64,000 bases of DNA, from positions 128 to 64,127 of the forward strand of contig JAPOTT010000011.1 of NCBI GenBank assembly GCA_026709025.1, written 5' to 3'. This DNA is from a bacterium (GTDB lineage: Bacteria; Actinomycetota; Acidimicrobiia; Acidimicrobiales; Bin134). Positions 29,178 to 38,355 of the stretch are shown here, one piece after another; positions within the stretch are counted from its first letter, which is position 1; every line of letters begins with the position of its first letter. The translations under genes and the position numbers were made by a program. The notes under the pieces were generated by a model. That model was not told where the DNA came from and did no database searches. It saw only the letters and a list, made by a program, of their open reading frames with translations.

Positions 29178-30157
29178 CGACCAAACACGGTAGGTAGGCT
29201 CAACAAGCCTTGTTCGTTAGCTAACTGCTCTAGTTGCGGCTTGGAACCGCTTGCGCGATTCGCGGCGCGATGCATTTCTGCAACCGAGGTGATGCGTCTG
29301 GTTCCGTTAGGGCGCCGGGCTACGTGTACGACCAAGTCGATAGCAGCGGTAATCTGCTCGCGCACAGCCGCTAGTGGTACCGCACCTCCATCAAAGAGCA
29401 CCATGGTTTCTAACCTGCTTAGAGCATCGGCGGGGGAGTTGGCATGGCATGTAGACAGCGACCCTTCGTGGCCAGTGTTCATGGCTTGGAGCATGTCTAG
29501 GGTTTCTGGCCCGCGAACTTCGCCTACAATGATGCGGTCTGGTCTCATCCTCAAGGCGTTGCGTACTAGCTGTCTAATTGTTATGGCCGTTACCCCGTCA
29601 GTGTCGGACGGTCGAGCCTCTAAGCGCACAACATGGCTGCTAGCTAAGCTCAACTCGGCAGCATCTTCTACCGTTACTATGCGTTCGTCGGCTGCAATAG
29701 CCCCCGCTAGAGCGTTCAACAAGGTGGTTTTGCCAGCGCCAGCGCCACCTGAGACCACCAAGTTGCAACGAGCCGCAACTGCCCAACGCAGCGTGCTTAC
29801 CACGCCTGGTGGGGCGAACCCATCTAGGGCTATAGGGCGTACAGAGAACCGGCGAATGGTTACATAAGGGCCGTCTACTGCTACTGGAGGTACCACGGCG
29901 TTGAGGCGCGATCCGTCGTTAAGGCGGCCATCTACCATTGGGGAGCTGCGGTCGATGCGCCTTCCTAGCGGGGCGACCGTTTGTTCGATGAGCAACTCAA
30001 TGGTGGCTGTGTCCAAGATGGTGCTGGTGGGTTCTACCCGTCCGTTGCGTTCTACCCATACTGGGCCAGCGCCGTTTATCATCACCTCTGTTACCTGAGG
30101 GTCGTGCAAGTAGGGTTCTATTGCGGCTTTGCCATTGCTAGCGCTATTCCACCCCAT
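29135..30157 (-). CDS. tadA: TadA/CpaF pilus assembly ATPase
   Basis: DPQVTEVMING, SGGAGAGKTT, TVEDAAEL, LRMRPDRIIVGEVRG, MNTGHEGS. Confidence 0.95.
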   Translation of the reverse strand: MGWNSASNGKAAIEPYLHDPQVTEVMINGAGPVWVERNGRVEPTSTILDTATIELLIEQTVAPLGRRIDRSSPMVDGRLNDGSRLNAVVPPVAVDGPYVTIRRFSVRPIALDGFAPPGVVSTLRWAVAARCNLVVSGGAGAGKTTLLNALAGAIAADERIVTVEDAAELSLASSHVVRLEARPSDTDGVTAITIRQLVRNALRMRPDRIIVGEVRGPETLDMLQAMNTGHEGSLSTCHANSPADALSRLETMVLFDGGAVPLAAVREQITAAIDLVVHVARRPNGTRRITSVAEMHRAANRASGSKPQLEQLANEQGLLSLPTVFGRCPQTPKPDPKWLG

Positions 30158-30162
30158 GACAC

Positions 30163-30918
30163 TTAGTTGCCTTGTGTTAGTTCGCTGAGGGCGCGCATGG
30201 CTTTTTTGGGTACCCGCGTGCGTAGCATCCCGGCATCTACTGCCCTAGCTATATCTGGATCTATTGCGACGGTGGCAATAACGGGTGCTCCGATGGCCCG
30301 TTCACAGTCGAGGCGGGTAAGAGCCCGACCAGCTTCGGCCACCAGCACCACACCGGTGGGGCGAAAAGGCAGCTTGACAGCTTTGCGTAGTGATAGATAG
30401 CACGCACGGGTGACAAGGATGGATCTATTGGCACCACAGATCAGCTGCGTGGGCAGATCGTGTTGTTGTTGGGGGTTATCACTGGCTGCTTGGGGTTTGT
30501 TGTAGCTATTTGCAAGCCATGTTCCCGCATCTACAACTACCAATGGTTCGCTAGCAACCGATTTGTTTGGTGGCGCACCAGAGGTTGGTGGCGCACCAGA
30601 ACTTAGCCACTCCAGCAGCGCATCGGTTCTGCGAGGGTTTAGCTGTCCGCTTCCTCTAGGTAAAAGCGAAAGGTTATCGGTGAGTTCTTGAAGGGTTCGC
30701 TGCAAAGAACTGGAGTTCAGATCTCCGTTTAGCCAATCAGCCAAACCAGATTCGGGCTCAGGATTGCCAAAGGCAGCAGGAAGATCGCCGCAAAGGTCTA
30801 CCAGCAAAGTTGGCCGGGTTGAATCCCTTGCGGTTTGTAAGCTCAGCAGCGCAGCCACCACCGTGGTGCCAGCTCCCCCTTTGGTTGACCAACAGGTGAG
30901 CAACATGAGTATCTCCAC
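30163..30918 (-). CDS. Ssd/CpaE-like ParA-MinD-family protein heading the tad operon
   Basis: WSTKGGAGTT deviant P-loop, LLVDL, VVVDAG, DPDIARAVDAG. Confidence 0.8.
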   Translation of the reverse strand: MEILMLLTCWSTKGGAGTTVVAALLSLQTARDSTRPTLLVDLCGDLPAAFGNPEPESGLADWLNGDLNSSSLQRTLQELTDNLSLLPRGSGQLNPRRTDALLEWLSSGAPPTSGAPPNKSVASEPLVVVDAGTWLANSYNKPQAASDNPQQQHDLPTQLICGANRSILVTRACYLSLRKAVKLPFRPTGVVLVAEAGRALTRLDCERAIGAPVIATVAIDPDIARAVDAGMLRTRVPKKAMRALSELTQGN

Positions 30919-31085
30919 GACAAACGTCGTTTGTTTGACTTAGGGGGAAGCCAAAAGCAACTTATATTGAAAACTTTTAAAAAGCAACAGATAGTTCAAA
31001 AAAGTTTTAAAAAGGTTGTTGAACTATATCTTTGAACCTGTAGCTGAAGCAGTAGAGCTGAAGCAGTAGGCTGTCTTTTGATTAA

Positions 31086-31178
31086 GGAGGTGTCTGAGTA
31101 CCTGGTGGGCTCCCCCGCCTTCAAAGCGGGTGGGACGGGCGACCCCCGTCCGGCGGGTTCGATTCCCGTCCACCTCCG
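31086..31178 (+). tRNA. selC: tRNA-Sec (UCA)
   Basis: 93 nt; anticodon arm CCCGC-CTTCAAA-GCGGG; long variable arm GGACGGG-CGACC-CCCGTCC; G discriminator; selA and selB are in the window. Confidence 0.95.
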
Positions 31179-31198
31179 CGCACCTAGCTGTTGGGGTG

Positions 31199-32164
31199 CT
31201 ATACAGCTAGGAGGTCACGGGCTCCAGTGTCGCTGCTTGGATGGCGCAGCTTAGACATGGCTCGGGCTTCAATTTGGCGAATTCGTTCTCTGGTAAGGCT
31301 AAAGTGCTCGCCCACTTCTTCTAGGGTGCGGGGCTCGCCACGATCTAAGCCAAATCGCAGCTTGAGTATTTCTCGTTCTCGTTCGTCTAGAGGCCCCAGT
31401 AGTCGGCTGATCTCTTCTGGTAGCAAGGTGGTGGCGGCTACCTCAAAGGGTGATTCCACCGAACGATCTTCCACAACGTCGCCCAACTCGGCATCGCCGT
31501 CCTCGCGCAGTGGCTCGCTTAGCGATAGGGGTTCTGCGGCAAAGCGCAGGGCCTCGGTTACCTTATCTTCGGGTAGTTCTACTTCTCGGGCCAGTTCGGT
31601 TAGCGCTGCAGGTCGGCCTAGCTTCTTTTCTAAGCTGGCTCGGGCCTTTTGTAATCTGGCCAAGGTGTCGCCTGCATGCACGGGCAAACGGATGGTGCGT
31701 CCGGTGTTGGCGATGCCCCTAGTGATGGCTTGGCGAATCCACCAGGTGGCGTAAGTGGAGAACTTGAAGCCCTTACGCCAATCGAATTTCTCTACCGCGT
31801 GCATTAGCCCGAGGTTGCCTTCTTGAATCAAATCCAAAAGCGGCAAACCCGAAGCTTGGTATTTTTTGGCGATGGACACAACCAAGCGGAGGTTGGACTG
31901 CACAAAGCGCCTTTCGGCTGTTTCGCCTTCCTTCACCTTTCTGCGCAGCGTGCGACGCACCGCAGGCGATAGCCGGTTGGGGTTGCCGGGCGCGTTGTTT
32001 TTGTCTAGCTCTAGGGCAGATTGAGCTTCCTTGCCTTCCTCAATGGCCTGAGCCAGAATTACCTCGTCGTCTTTGGTCAGCAGCTCGTATTGGCCGATGT
32101 CGGTTAGGTACAAACGAACGAGATCCTCATCATCTCGTTCAACACGCTCCTTAGGCACTGTCAC
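31199..32164 (-). CDS. RNA polymerase sigma-70 factor, RpoD/SigA family (short form lacking region 1.1)
   Basis: VRLYLTDIG, SNLRLVVSIAKKY, DLIQEGNLGL, KFSTYATWWIRQAI, RTLEEVG..F.LTRERIRQIE. Confidence 0.95.
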   Translation of the reverse strand: MTVPKERVERDDEDLVRLYLTDIGQYELLTKDDEVILAQAIEEGKEAQSALELDKNNAPGNPNRLSPAVRRTLRRKVKEGETAERRFVQSNLRLVVSIAKKYQASGLPLLDLIQEGNLGLMHAVEKFDWRKGFKFSTYATWWIRQAITRGIANTGRTIRLPVHAGDTLARLQKARASLEKKLGRPAALTELAREVELPEDKVTEALRFAAEPLSLSEPLREDGDAELGDVVEDRSVESPFEVAATTLLPEEISRLLGPLDEREREILKLRFGLDRGEPRTLEEVGEHFSLTRERIRQIEARAMSKLRHPSSDTGARDLLAV

Positions 32165-32278
32165 AACCTCCCGTGTTTGTGAGCCAGTGGTCGCACCATT
32201 GAACCGATCTACGTTGACCGGCAGAGACCAAGATGGTTACTGCGGGCTAACGATACCCGTTCAATTCCAAATGTGGCA

Positions 32279-32779
32279 TCAGGCGCGCAATTCTTTTCTG
32301 GCAACCTGTTCAGTGGCTAGATCGGCCAGCACCATTTGCGCCACTCGCATGAAAGCTTCCTCGCTGATTGGCGATGCCAATTCCAGCAGTTTTTCTATGT
32401 GCATACGCAGCTCATCTAGCACTTCGGTATGCAGGTTTGTCACAGCTTCGCTAGGCGACACATCACTAAGTTGGTTGAAGGTATCAGCCCATTGTTGTGT
32501 GGGTGGCCCAATCCGGCTAGCACTGTTAAGTGCTGGCGAGTCGGGCAGCAGGTCTCTCCACCAGCCACCATGCTGGGCATAGCGCCTACTAGAGAGCGCT
32601 AGCAGAGCGATGGTACTATCGTCCAACGCCCCGGGTGTGCTCTCATCTACCCCGGTAGCGAGCGAGCCAGCACTGAGCTTGTCTAATTCAGCCATAGCCA
32701 AGCTCCGTTGGGCCAGCATCATCTGTTCAGAGATCCAAACCAACCCCCCACAAGCATCAGCCAACCGTTCAATATCCAC
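32279..32779 (-). CDS. Hypothetical helical protein (possibly a ferritin-like bundle)
   Basis: 166-aa ORF with an amphipathic helical pattern and RRYAQHGGWWRDLLP; no recognised catalytic motif. Confidence 0.55.
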   Translation of the reverse strand: MDIERLADACGGLVWISEQMMLAQRSLAMAELDKLSAGSLATGVDESTPGALDDSTIALLALSSRRYAQHGGWWRDLLPDSPALNSASRIGPPTQQWADTFNQLSDVSPSEAVTNLHTEVLDELRMHIEKLLELASPISEEAFMRVAQMVLADLATEQVARKELRA

Positions 32780-32782
32780 ACT

Positions 32783-33532
32783 TCACCCCGACTTACCCTC
32801 TAGCAGAGAACTAACGTCAGATCGCTCATCCATGAAAACAACCAGCCCGCTTACCGTGTCCGCAACAGAACCGAACCGCAACAGCAAGGTCTCACGGCGG
32901 TTAGTTTTCATTAAAACCTCTACCTCCGATATTCGGCTCTGTACCGATTCACCGGTATCTTCCAAAATATCCACGACTGATGTTATGAGCCTCGGCATAA
33001 TGGCATTGGTTAGTGCATTAGCTAAGTTGGCCTTCCCGTTTTCACTGAGAGAATTGAAGGCTTGCAGCGATCTAGTTGGGGTCAGCCGGTCTTTTTCTGC
33101 CCAGTCAAACTCCACTCCGTAGCCTTCCAAGACATCCACCATCGTGGAGAAATCTTGGACAATAACTTCTATGCCAAAGCTCTCGATCAGCGCTAGCGAT
33201 GTTTTAGACCAGTTCCCTGCAAGCACTGCGGTGGTCTTGCGTATTGTGGGATAGGTTTTACGAAGGTTGTAGTGGGCGACACACAGCCAACTGCCCTTGT
33301 CGCGGTTGTGCTTCTTGTAGCGTATGTACTTCGGATCCAGGATCATCACCGGTTGTCCTGCCGGGTTAGAGATGACGGCATCGATTTGGTAGATGTTGTC
33401 CGTTCCATTCACCATGCGCTGTGGGTTGATTGTGTAACCTCTCGCCTCCACTTCGGGACGCAGGCGTTCCACGATTGAGGCTTCAAATAGCTTGCCGATT
33501 TCCTGGCCGAGTGCTGCTGCTGGATTCGACAT
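32783..33532 (-). CDS. Putative type II restriction endonuclease (PD-(D/E)xK)
   Basis: GKLFE, YQIDAVI, ILDPKY..YKKH pattern; translationally coupled (TGATG) to the upstream DNA methyltransferase. Confidence 0.65.
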   Translation of the reverse strand: MSNPAAALGQEIGKLFEASIVERLRPEVEARGYTINPQRMVNGTDNIYQIDAVISNPAGQPVMILDPKYIRYKKHNRDKGSWLCVAHYNLRKTYPTIRKTTAVLAGNWSKTSLALIESFGIEVIVQDFSTMVDVLEGYGVEFDWAEKDRLTPTRSLQAFNSLSENGKANLANALTNAIMPRLITSVVDILEDTGESVQSRISEVEVLMKTNRRETLLLRFGSVADTVSGLVVFMDERSDVSSLLEGKSG

Positions 33533-34797
33533 CAGCGGATTACAGTGACGATGCTCTCGCGGAGAGGAACCTTGTGACGCTGGGAATTACCTGCCCACTT
33601 GTCGCCCCTAGTGCGGATGACTTCGATTTGGTAAGAGGAAAAGCCCGCACCCACGGCCAATCGTCCGATTATCTCATCTGTAGGAACATGGACACCGTAG
33701 GGGGCCGAATCTCCTAGCACCAAGATCATCGGACAGCCGGGCTTGGTGGCTTTATAGGCCTGAACAATTACTTTGGCCATATCCTCGAAATAACCAGCGG
33801 TCATCATGTCGTAAGACTTTTTTCCCGACTTTTGCTTACGGAGTTCTCCAAGGCGTGATACGGCATCTTGTAGCCCTGTATGCACTTTTGAGTCCAGAGA
33901 CTTTACAAGTGGCATCTTTGATATTGCAGCCATTTCGTTTCTCCGGACTTGAGTCGTGGCTGCCATCATTAGCTTGTCGCGTACTTGGGTTGTGATGTCG
34001 GCCCAACTGTTGTAAAGCCCCCAGAAGTAGGTCTCCAGTCTGGTGCGGTCGGCGTAGTCGTAGTTATTTAGATATGGGGGAGATGTGAGAACCATATCCA
34101 CACAACCCTTCCCAGTGAATGATGCTAGGTTTCTGGCGTCGCCTTTAACGAGGTTGTGGTTTGAGCTAGCAGCGGCGAAGGCTGTTACGTCTGCTGCCAT
34201 CAGAACGCAGCGTTTGGAGAACTCATCAAAGGCGTTACGCTTGATTTTGCGTTCAGCGAACTTGCTGGGGGCTATGTATGGCCAGCCAGCACCTGCTGAA
34301 GTGGTGTCTCGCAGCGCTGCTGTTAGTGCTAGCTTGAAGAAATCTTGGCGCTCTGATGAAAGTAACAGTATTGCGGCTCGCAGGGAGTACAGCCTGTCTA
34401 AGTTTTCGCGATCAAAGCACTTATGCACTAAATCAGGCCATTCTGCTTCGGTGAAGCATCCTTCGGACAGCAAATCTCGTGCCTCGTCCATGATGATCAC
34501 CGCTTCTTTTTTCAAAAGGTCGGTATCAAGTTCATGGTTTATCTTGGTTTGGGCTACCCAGTGGACGAATGGGTGGGCCTCCACTCCCACAGAGTTGATT
34601 CCCAGTGATTTCGCGGCCAGAGAGGTAGTTCCTGTTCCAACGAACGGATCGGCTATAAGGCTGCCTGCACCTAGCGAGAACTGGGAGCATTTGGCTTCCA
34701 CTAGCTTGTGGGAATACCCAGCGGGGTAGGTGAACCATCGATGAATAGGAGCACTCAGACTGTCTTTGAAAGTGCCATAGGCAGATACCTGCGTCAT
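33532..34797 (-). CDS. Site-specific DNA methyltransferase (probably N4-cytosine)
   Basis: HRWFTYPAGYS, DPFVGTGTT (motif I), LTSPPYLNNYDY (motif IV), VLGDS; strong SD AAGGAGGAG. Confidence 0.9.
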   Translation of the reverse strand: MTQVSAYGTFKDSLSAPIHRWFTYPAGYSHKLVEAKCSQFSLGAGSLIADPFVGTGTTSLAAKSLGINSVGVEAHPFVHWVAQTKINHELDTDLLKKEAVIIMDEARDLLSEGCFTEAEWPDLVHKCFDRENLDRLYSLRAAILLLSSERQDFFKLALTAALRDTTSAGAGWPYIAPSKFAERKIKRNAFDEFSKRCVLMAADVTAFAAASSNHNLVKGDARNLASFTGKGCVDMVLTSPPYLNNYDYADRTRLETYFWGLYNSWADITTQVRDKLMMAATTQVRRNEMAAISKMPLVKSLDSKVHTGLQDAVSRLGELRKQKSGKKSYDMMTAGYFEDMAKVIVQAYKATKPGCPMILVLGDSAPYGVHVPTDEIIGRLAVGAGFSSYQIEVIRTRGDKWAGNSQRHKVPLRESIVTVIR

Positions 34798-34966
34798 ACT
34801 GTCAGCTCCTCCTTCTTGCTACGGGCGCACATCAGTTGTGATGGTGATGACGATAGTCTTACCGACAGAGCCGTTGGTGGCTTTTGGTGGGTTGGCGTTT
34901 TCTTGGTTACCCATGTCCTACATATTGTCTGGTAGTGGTGACAATTTGTTTAAGGGGTGGTACACC

Positions 34967-36664
34967 TTATGGGTGGTAGTGGTTGGTTATTGGTAGGCGG
35001 CGATCGCGGCCGAAGGCTTTGGCTGTGATCCGCACACCGGGAGGGCTTTGGCGACGCTTGTACTCGGCTTTGTCTACCAGCGTGGTAATTCGCGCTACCA
35101 ACTGCTCATCGAACCCTTGCTGACACAAATCCAAAGGCGTGAGATCGGCTTCCACGTAGGCTTCTAGCAGCGGGTCTAGCACTTCATAGGCAGGCAGACT
35201 TTGATCGTCACGCTGATCGGGTCGTAGTTCTGCGGAAGGCGGTTTTTCCAGCACGTTAACAGGTATCAGCTCTCGGTTTGCTTGAGCGTTACGGTAACGG
35301 GCAAGCGCATACACCTGTGTCTTCCACAGATCCTTAATGACGGCATAAGCTCCTGCGGTATCTCCATACAAGGTGGAATAACCCACCGCGCTTTCGCTCT
35401 TGTTGCCGGTGGTTAGGATCAACCAGCCCAACTTGTTGGACAACGCCATTAGCAAGGTGCCACGAATACGAGACTGTAAGTTTTCTTCGGTTAGGTCGGA
35501 GGTTAGCCCTACAAAAGATGGGGCTAACATGTCCAGAAAAGCCTGATGCCCGGGCTCAATTGGAATAACCCGCTTGGAGATGCCGAGGTTCTGACACAGT
35601 GTTTCGGCATCCACCACAGAGTGATCGCTGGAATAGCGCGAAGGCATTAGCACCCCGTAAACATGGTTAGCGCCAACAGCGTCGGTAGCTATCGCAGCTA
35701 CTAAGGAGGAGTCGATGCCCCCTGAAAGCCCGATGCCCACATCGGTGAAGCCATTTTTGTGTACATAGTCGCGGGTAGCTAGCACTAGGGCTTCGTACTG
35801 TTCGCCTATTTCGCCCAAGCCGGGGTGTATCTGGTTGATCGCTGGCAACCGGTTAGGAGGCAGTGATGTCTTATCTTGGGATGCCTCATCTTGGGGTACC
35901 TCACGTTGGGTGGCCATCTCATGTTGGGTGGGCATCTCTAGTTCGGCTAGTAGCAAGTGTTCACTAAATGGGGCTGCTTTAGTCAGAACACGGCCATCAG
36001 ATTCCATAACCAGCGAGGAACCGTCAAACACTAACTCGTCTTGTCCGCCAACCAGATTGGTGTACACAACAGGAACGCCGGTTTCTGCTACGCGCTGGCG
36101 GAGAATATCTAGACGTTGGTCTGCTTTGCCAACATGATAGGGCGACGCATTCAAGTGGAAGATCACCTTTGCTCCAGCCGCAGCCACCTGAGCCATTGGG
36201 CCAGCAGCTACCCAGCCATCCTCACAGATAGATATACCAAAGGGAACTCCAGCTGTGTTGTACACAACGGCAGCGCCGTCAGCAGGCTCAAAGTAGCGAC
36301 GCTCGTCAAACACGCCGTAGTTGGGGAGTTCCCGTTTGTGGTAGATGCCCAGCAAATCACCGTTAGCTGCTATGCCCGCGGCATTTCGACAGCCTTGGGC
36401 ATCGTCCACAAAACCTACCACCGCAGTACAAGCTCCAGAGCACGCAGCAATGTGTTCCATTGCTTGGCGACTGTCTTGGATAAATCGCTGTTTGAGTACT
36501 AAATCCTCAGGCGGATAGCCGGTAATCGCTAATTCTGGGAAAACTGCCACATGGCAGCCAGCGTTTTCGGCACCAGCTAGCCACTCCAGCACTTTTTGGG
36601 TGTTGTGGGAAATGTCGCCAACAATGGAGTTGATCTGACACAGCGCCACTCGCAGTTTGCCCAC
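34967..36664 (-). CDS. nadE: Glutamine-dependent NAD+ synthetase
   Basis: Nitrilase domain (FPEL, YHKRELPNYGVFDE, ICED) followed by GLSGGIDS, ENLQSRIRG, KPPSAELRPDQ. Confidence 0.97.
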   Translation of the reverse strand: MGKLRVALCQINSIVGDISHNTQKVLEWLAGAENAGCHVAVFPELAITGYPPEDLVLKQRFIQDSRQAMEHIAACSGACTAVVGFVDDAQGCRNAAGIAANGDLLGIYHKRELPNYGVFDERRYFEPADGAAVVYNTAGVPFGISICEDGWVAAGPMAQVAAAGAKVIFHLNASPYHVGKADQRLDILRQRVAETGVPVVYTNLVGGQDELVFDGSSLVMESDGRVLTKAAPFSEHLLLAELEMPTQHEMATQREVPQDEASQDKTSLPPNRLPAINQIHPGLGEIGEQYEALVLATRDYVHKNGFTDVGIGLSGGIDSSLVAAIATDAVGANHVYGVLMPSRYSSDHSVVDAETLCQNLGISKRVIPIEPGHQAFLDMLAPSFVGLTSDLTEENLQSRIRGTLLMALSNKLGWLILTTGNKSESAVGYSTLYGDTAGAYAVIKDLWKTQVYALARYRNAQANRELIPVNVLEKPPSAELRPDQRDDQSLPAYEVLDPLLEAYVEADLTPLDLCQQGFDEQLVARITTLVDKAEYKRRQSPPGVRITAKAFGRDRRLPITNHYHP

Positions 36665-36738
36665 GTCAACAGATTAGCGGCACCTAACAGGCCATGCGGC
36701 AGTACAGGTTTAGGGGCAAAGGTTTAGACGATAAAAGC

Positions 36739-38163
36739 CTAGATGGAGTAGTACATCTCGTACTCAAGTGGGTGCGGCCTGAGGCTGATCGCATCAACTT
36801 CTTCACGCTTTACCTCTAGGTACGATTCAATGAGCGCACTGTTGAACACATCGCCTGCCAACAGGAACTCATGGTCTGCTTCTAGTGCGTTTAGTGCATC
36901 GGCTAGCGATCCCGGTACGGTGGGAATATTGGCAGCCTCTTCTGGTGGCAGATCGTAAATGTTCTTGTCTAGGGGATCACCAGGGTTGATTTGGTTTTGG
37001 ATGCCGTCTAGTCCCGCCATCAACATGGCCGAGAATGCTAGGTAGGGGTTGGCGCTAGGGTCGGGACAACGGAACTCCAAGCGCTTGGCTTTGGGGTTAT
37101 CCGACAAAAGCGGGATGCGAATTGCTGCTGAGCGGTTTCGTTGTGAATAGGCCAAATTAACGGGCGCTTCGTATCCGGGTACTAGCCGCTTGTAGGAGTT
37201 GGTGGTGGGCGCTCCAAACGCCAAAATCGTAGGTGCATGCTTTAGCAAACCGCCGATATACCAAAGGGCCAAATCTGACAAGCCAGCGTAACCCCGCTCG
37301 TCGTACATGAGCGTCTGGCCTTCTTTCCATAAAGACATGTGCGTGTGCATCCCCGAGCCGTTATCACCGTAGATTGGTTTTGGCATAAAGGTAACGGTTT
37401 TGCCGTGGGCTAAGGCCACGTTCTTTACTACATACTTGTAGAGCTGCACTTTATCGGCCATTTGCAACATGGCATCAAAAACCATATCGATTTCGGCTTG
37501 ACCGGCGCTGCCAACCTCATGGTGTTGAACTTCAATGGGAATACCCACCGATTCCAAGGCCACCACCATCTCAGAGCGTAGGTCTTGGAAGGTGTCCACC
37601 GGCGATAGAGGGAAATAGCCACCCTTGTAGGGCACCCGATGGCCCAAGCTGGGCATGTTATGCACCGAAGCACGGCTGCTTTCAAAGATGCCCTCTACCG
37701 AACGAATCTGGAAGCCAGCCACATCGGGTTGGTTTTGGAAGGCCACGCTGTCAAAGATGAAGAACTCCGCCTCAGGCCCAAAGAATGCTGCGTCGGCAAT
37801 GCCAGTGCTGGCCATGTATGCCAAAGAGCGCCGCACTACCCCACGAGGGTCTTTGCCGTACATCTCACCGGTTACTGGGTCTTTCACATCGGCTAGCAGC
37901 ACAAGGGTCTTGCGTTTGTTGAAGGGATCGTAGAAGGCAGAGTCTGGGTCTGGGATTAGCACCATGTCTGAGGCATCAATGGGCTGGAACCCGCTTACCG
38001 AGGAGCCGTCAAAGCCGAGGCCGTCTTCAAACACCGTTTCTGTGAGCTGGCTAATGGGCAGAGAAAAATGGTGCTGTGTGCCCGGGAGGTCGGTAAAGCG
38101 CACATCAAAGAACTCAGCGCCCTCCGATGTAGCGTGGGCTATTAATTCTTGTGGCGTGGTCAT
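36739..38163 (-). CDS. glnA: Glutamine synthetase type I-beta (adenylylatable)
   Basis: FDGSS, HHEVG, FMPKPIYGDNGSGMHTH, NRSAAIRIP, LDKNIYDLPPEE with the adenylylated Tyr. Confidence 0.97.
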   Translation of the reverse strand: MTTPQELIAHATSEGAEFFDVRFTDLPGTQHHFSLPISQLTETVFEDGLGFDGSSVSGFQPIDASDMVLIPDPDSAFYDPFNKRKTLVLLADVKDPVTGEMYGKDPRGVVRRSLAYMASTGIADAAFFGPEAEFFIFDSVAFQNQPDVAGFQIRSVEGIFESSRASVHNMPSLGHRVPYKGGYFPLSPVDTFQDLRSEMVVALESVGIPIEVQHHEVGSAGQAEIDMVFDAMLQMADKVQLYKYVVKNVALAHGKTVTFMPKPIYGDNGSGMHTHMSLWKEGQTLMYDERGYAGLSDLALWYIGGLLKHAPTILAFGAPTTNSYKRLVPGYEAPVNLAYSQRNRSAAIRIPLLSDNPKAKRLEFRCPDPSANPYLAFSAMLMAGLDGIQNQINPGDPLDKNIYDLPPEEAANIPTVPGSLADALNALEADHEFLLAGDVFNSALIESYLEVKREEVDAISLRPHPLEYEMYYSI

Positions 38164-38262
38164 GGTGGGTTCTCTCCCGTTCAACTGGTTTGTTTCGTTG
38201 CTTGTTTCAGCCTTCAAATCTCCCACAAGACAAGGAGATGTAAGGCATCATGGCATAGTTAG

Positions 38263-38300
38263 GTTTCCAATGCTTTTCCCGATTGTGACATTCTTGTAAA
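38263..38300 (-). promoter_or_regulatory. GlnR box upstream of glnA (divergent glnA/glnA2 intergenic region)
   Basis: Minus strand reads TTTAC-n6-GTCAC-n6-GAAAA-n6-GAAAC, matching the 11-bp-periodic actinobacterial GlnR consensus gTnAc-n6-GaAAc. Confidence 0.7.
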
Positions 38301-38355
38301 CACTGTGGGAATAAAACTATATCTGCAAAGTGCTACGGCACCCTGAGAGATCGTT

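Noticed and set aside
31086-31178. Non-canonical tRNA-Sec fold (7-bp acceptor plus 6-bp T stem instead of 8/5)
   Set aside because: The pairing register is ambiguous by eye (T8:C mismatch versus an extra G:C), and similar sequences seem common in actinobacterial selC. A covariance model is needed.
32279-33532. In-frame TGA joining the nuclease to the downstream hypothetical gene (GGG TGA AGT GTG), a possible selenocysteine read-through
   Set aside because: No SECIS-like hairpin follows the TGA, the context is not a redox or metal motif, and the two parts look unrelated. Insertion adjacency is the simpler explanation.
34819-34914. 31-codon ORF (MGNQENANPPKATNGSVGKTIVITITTDVRP) upstream of the R-M methyltransferase, as a controller or leader peptide
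   Set aside because: Too short, with no HTH or other motif; it could be chance.
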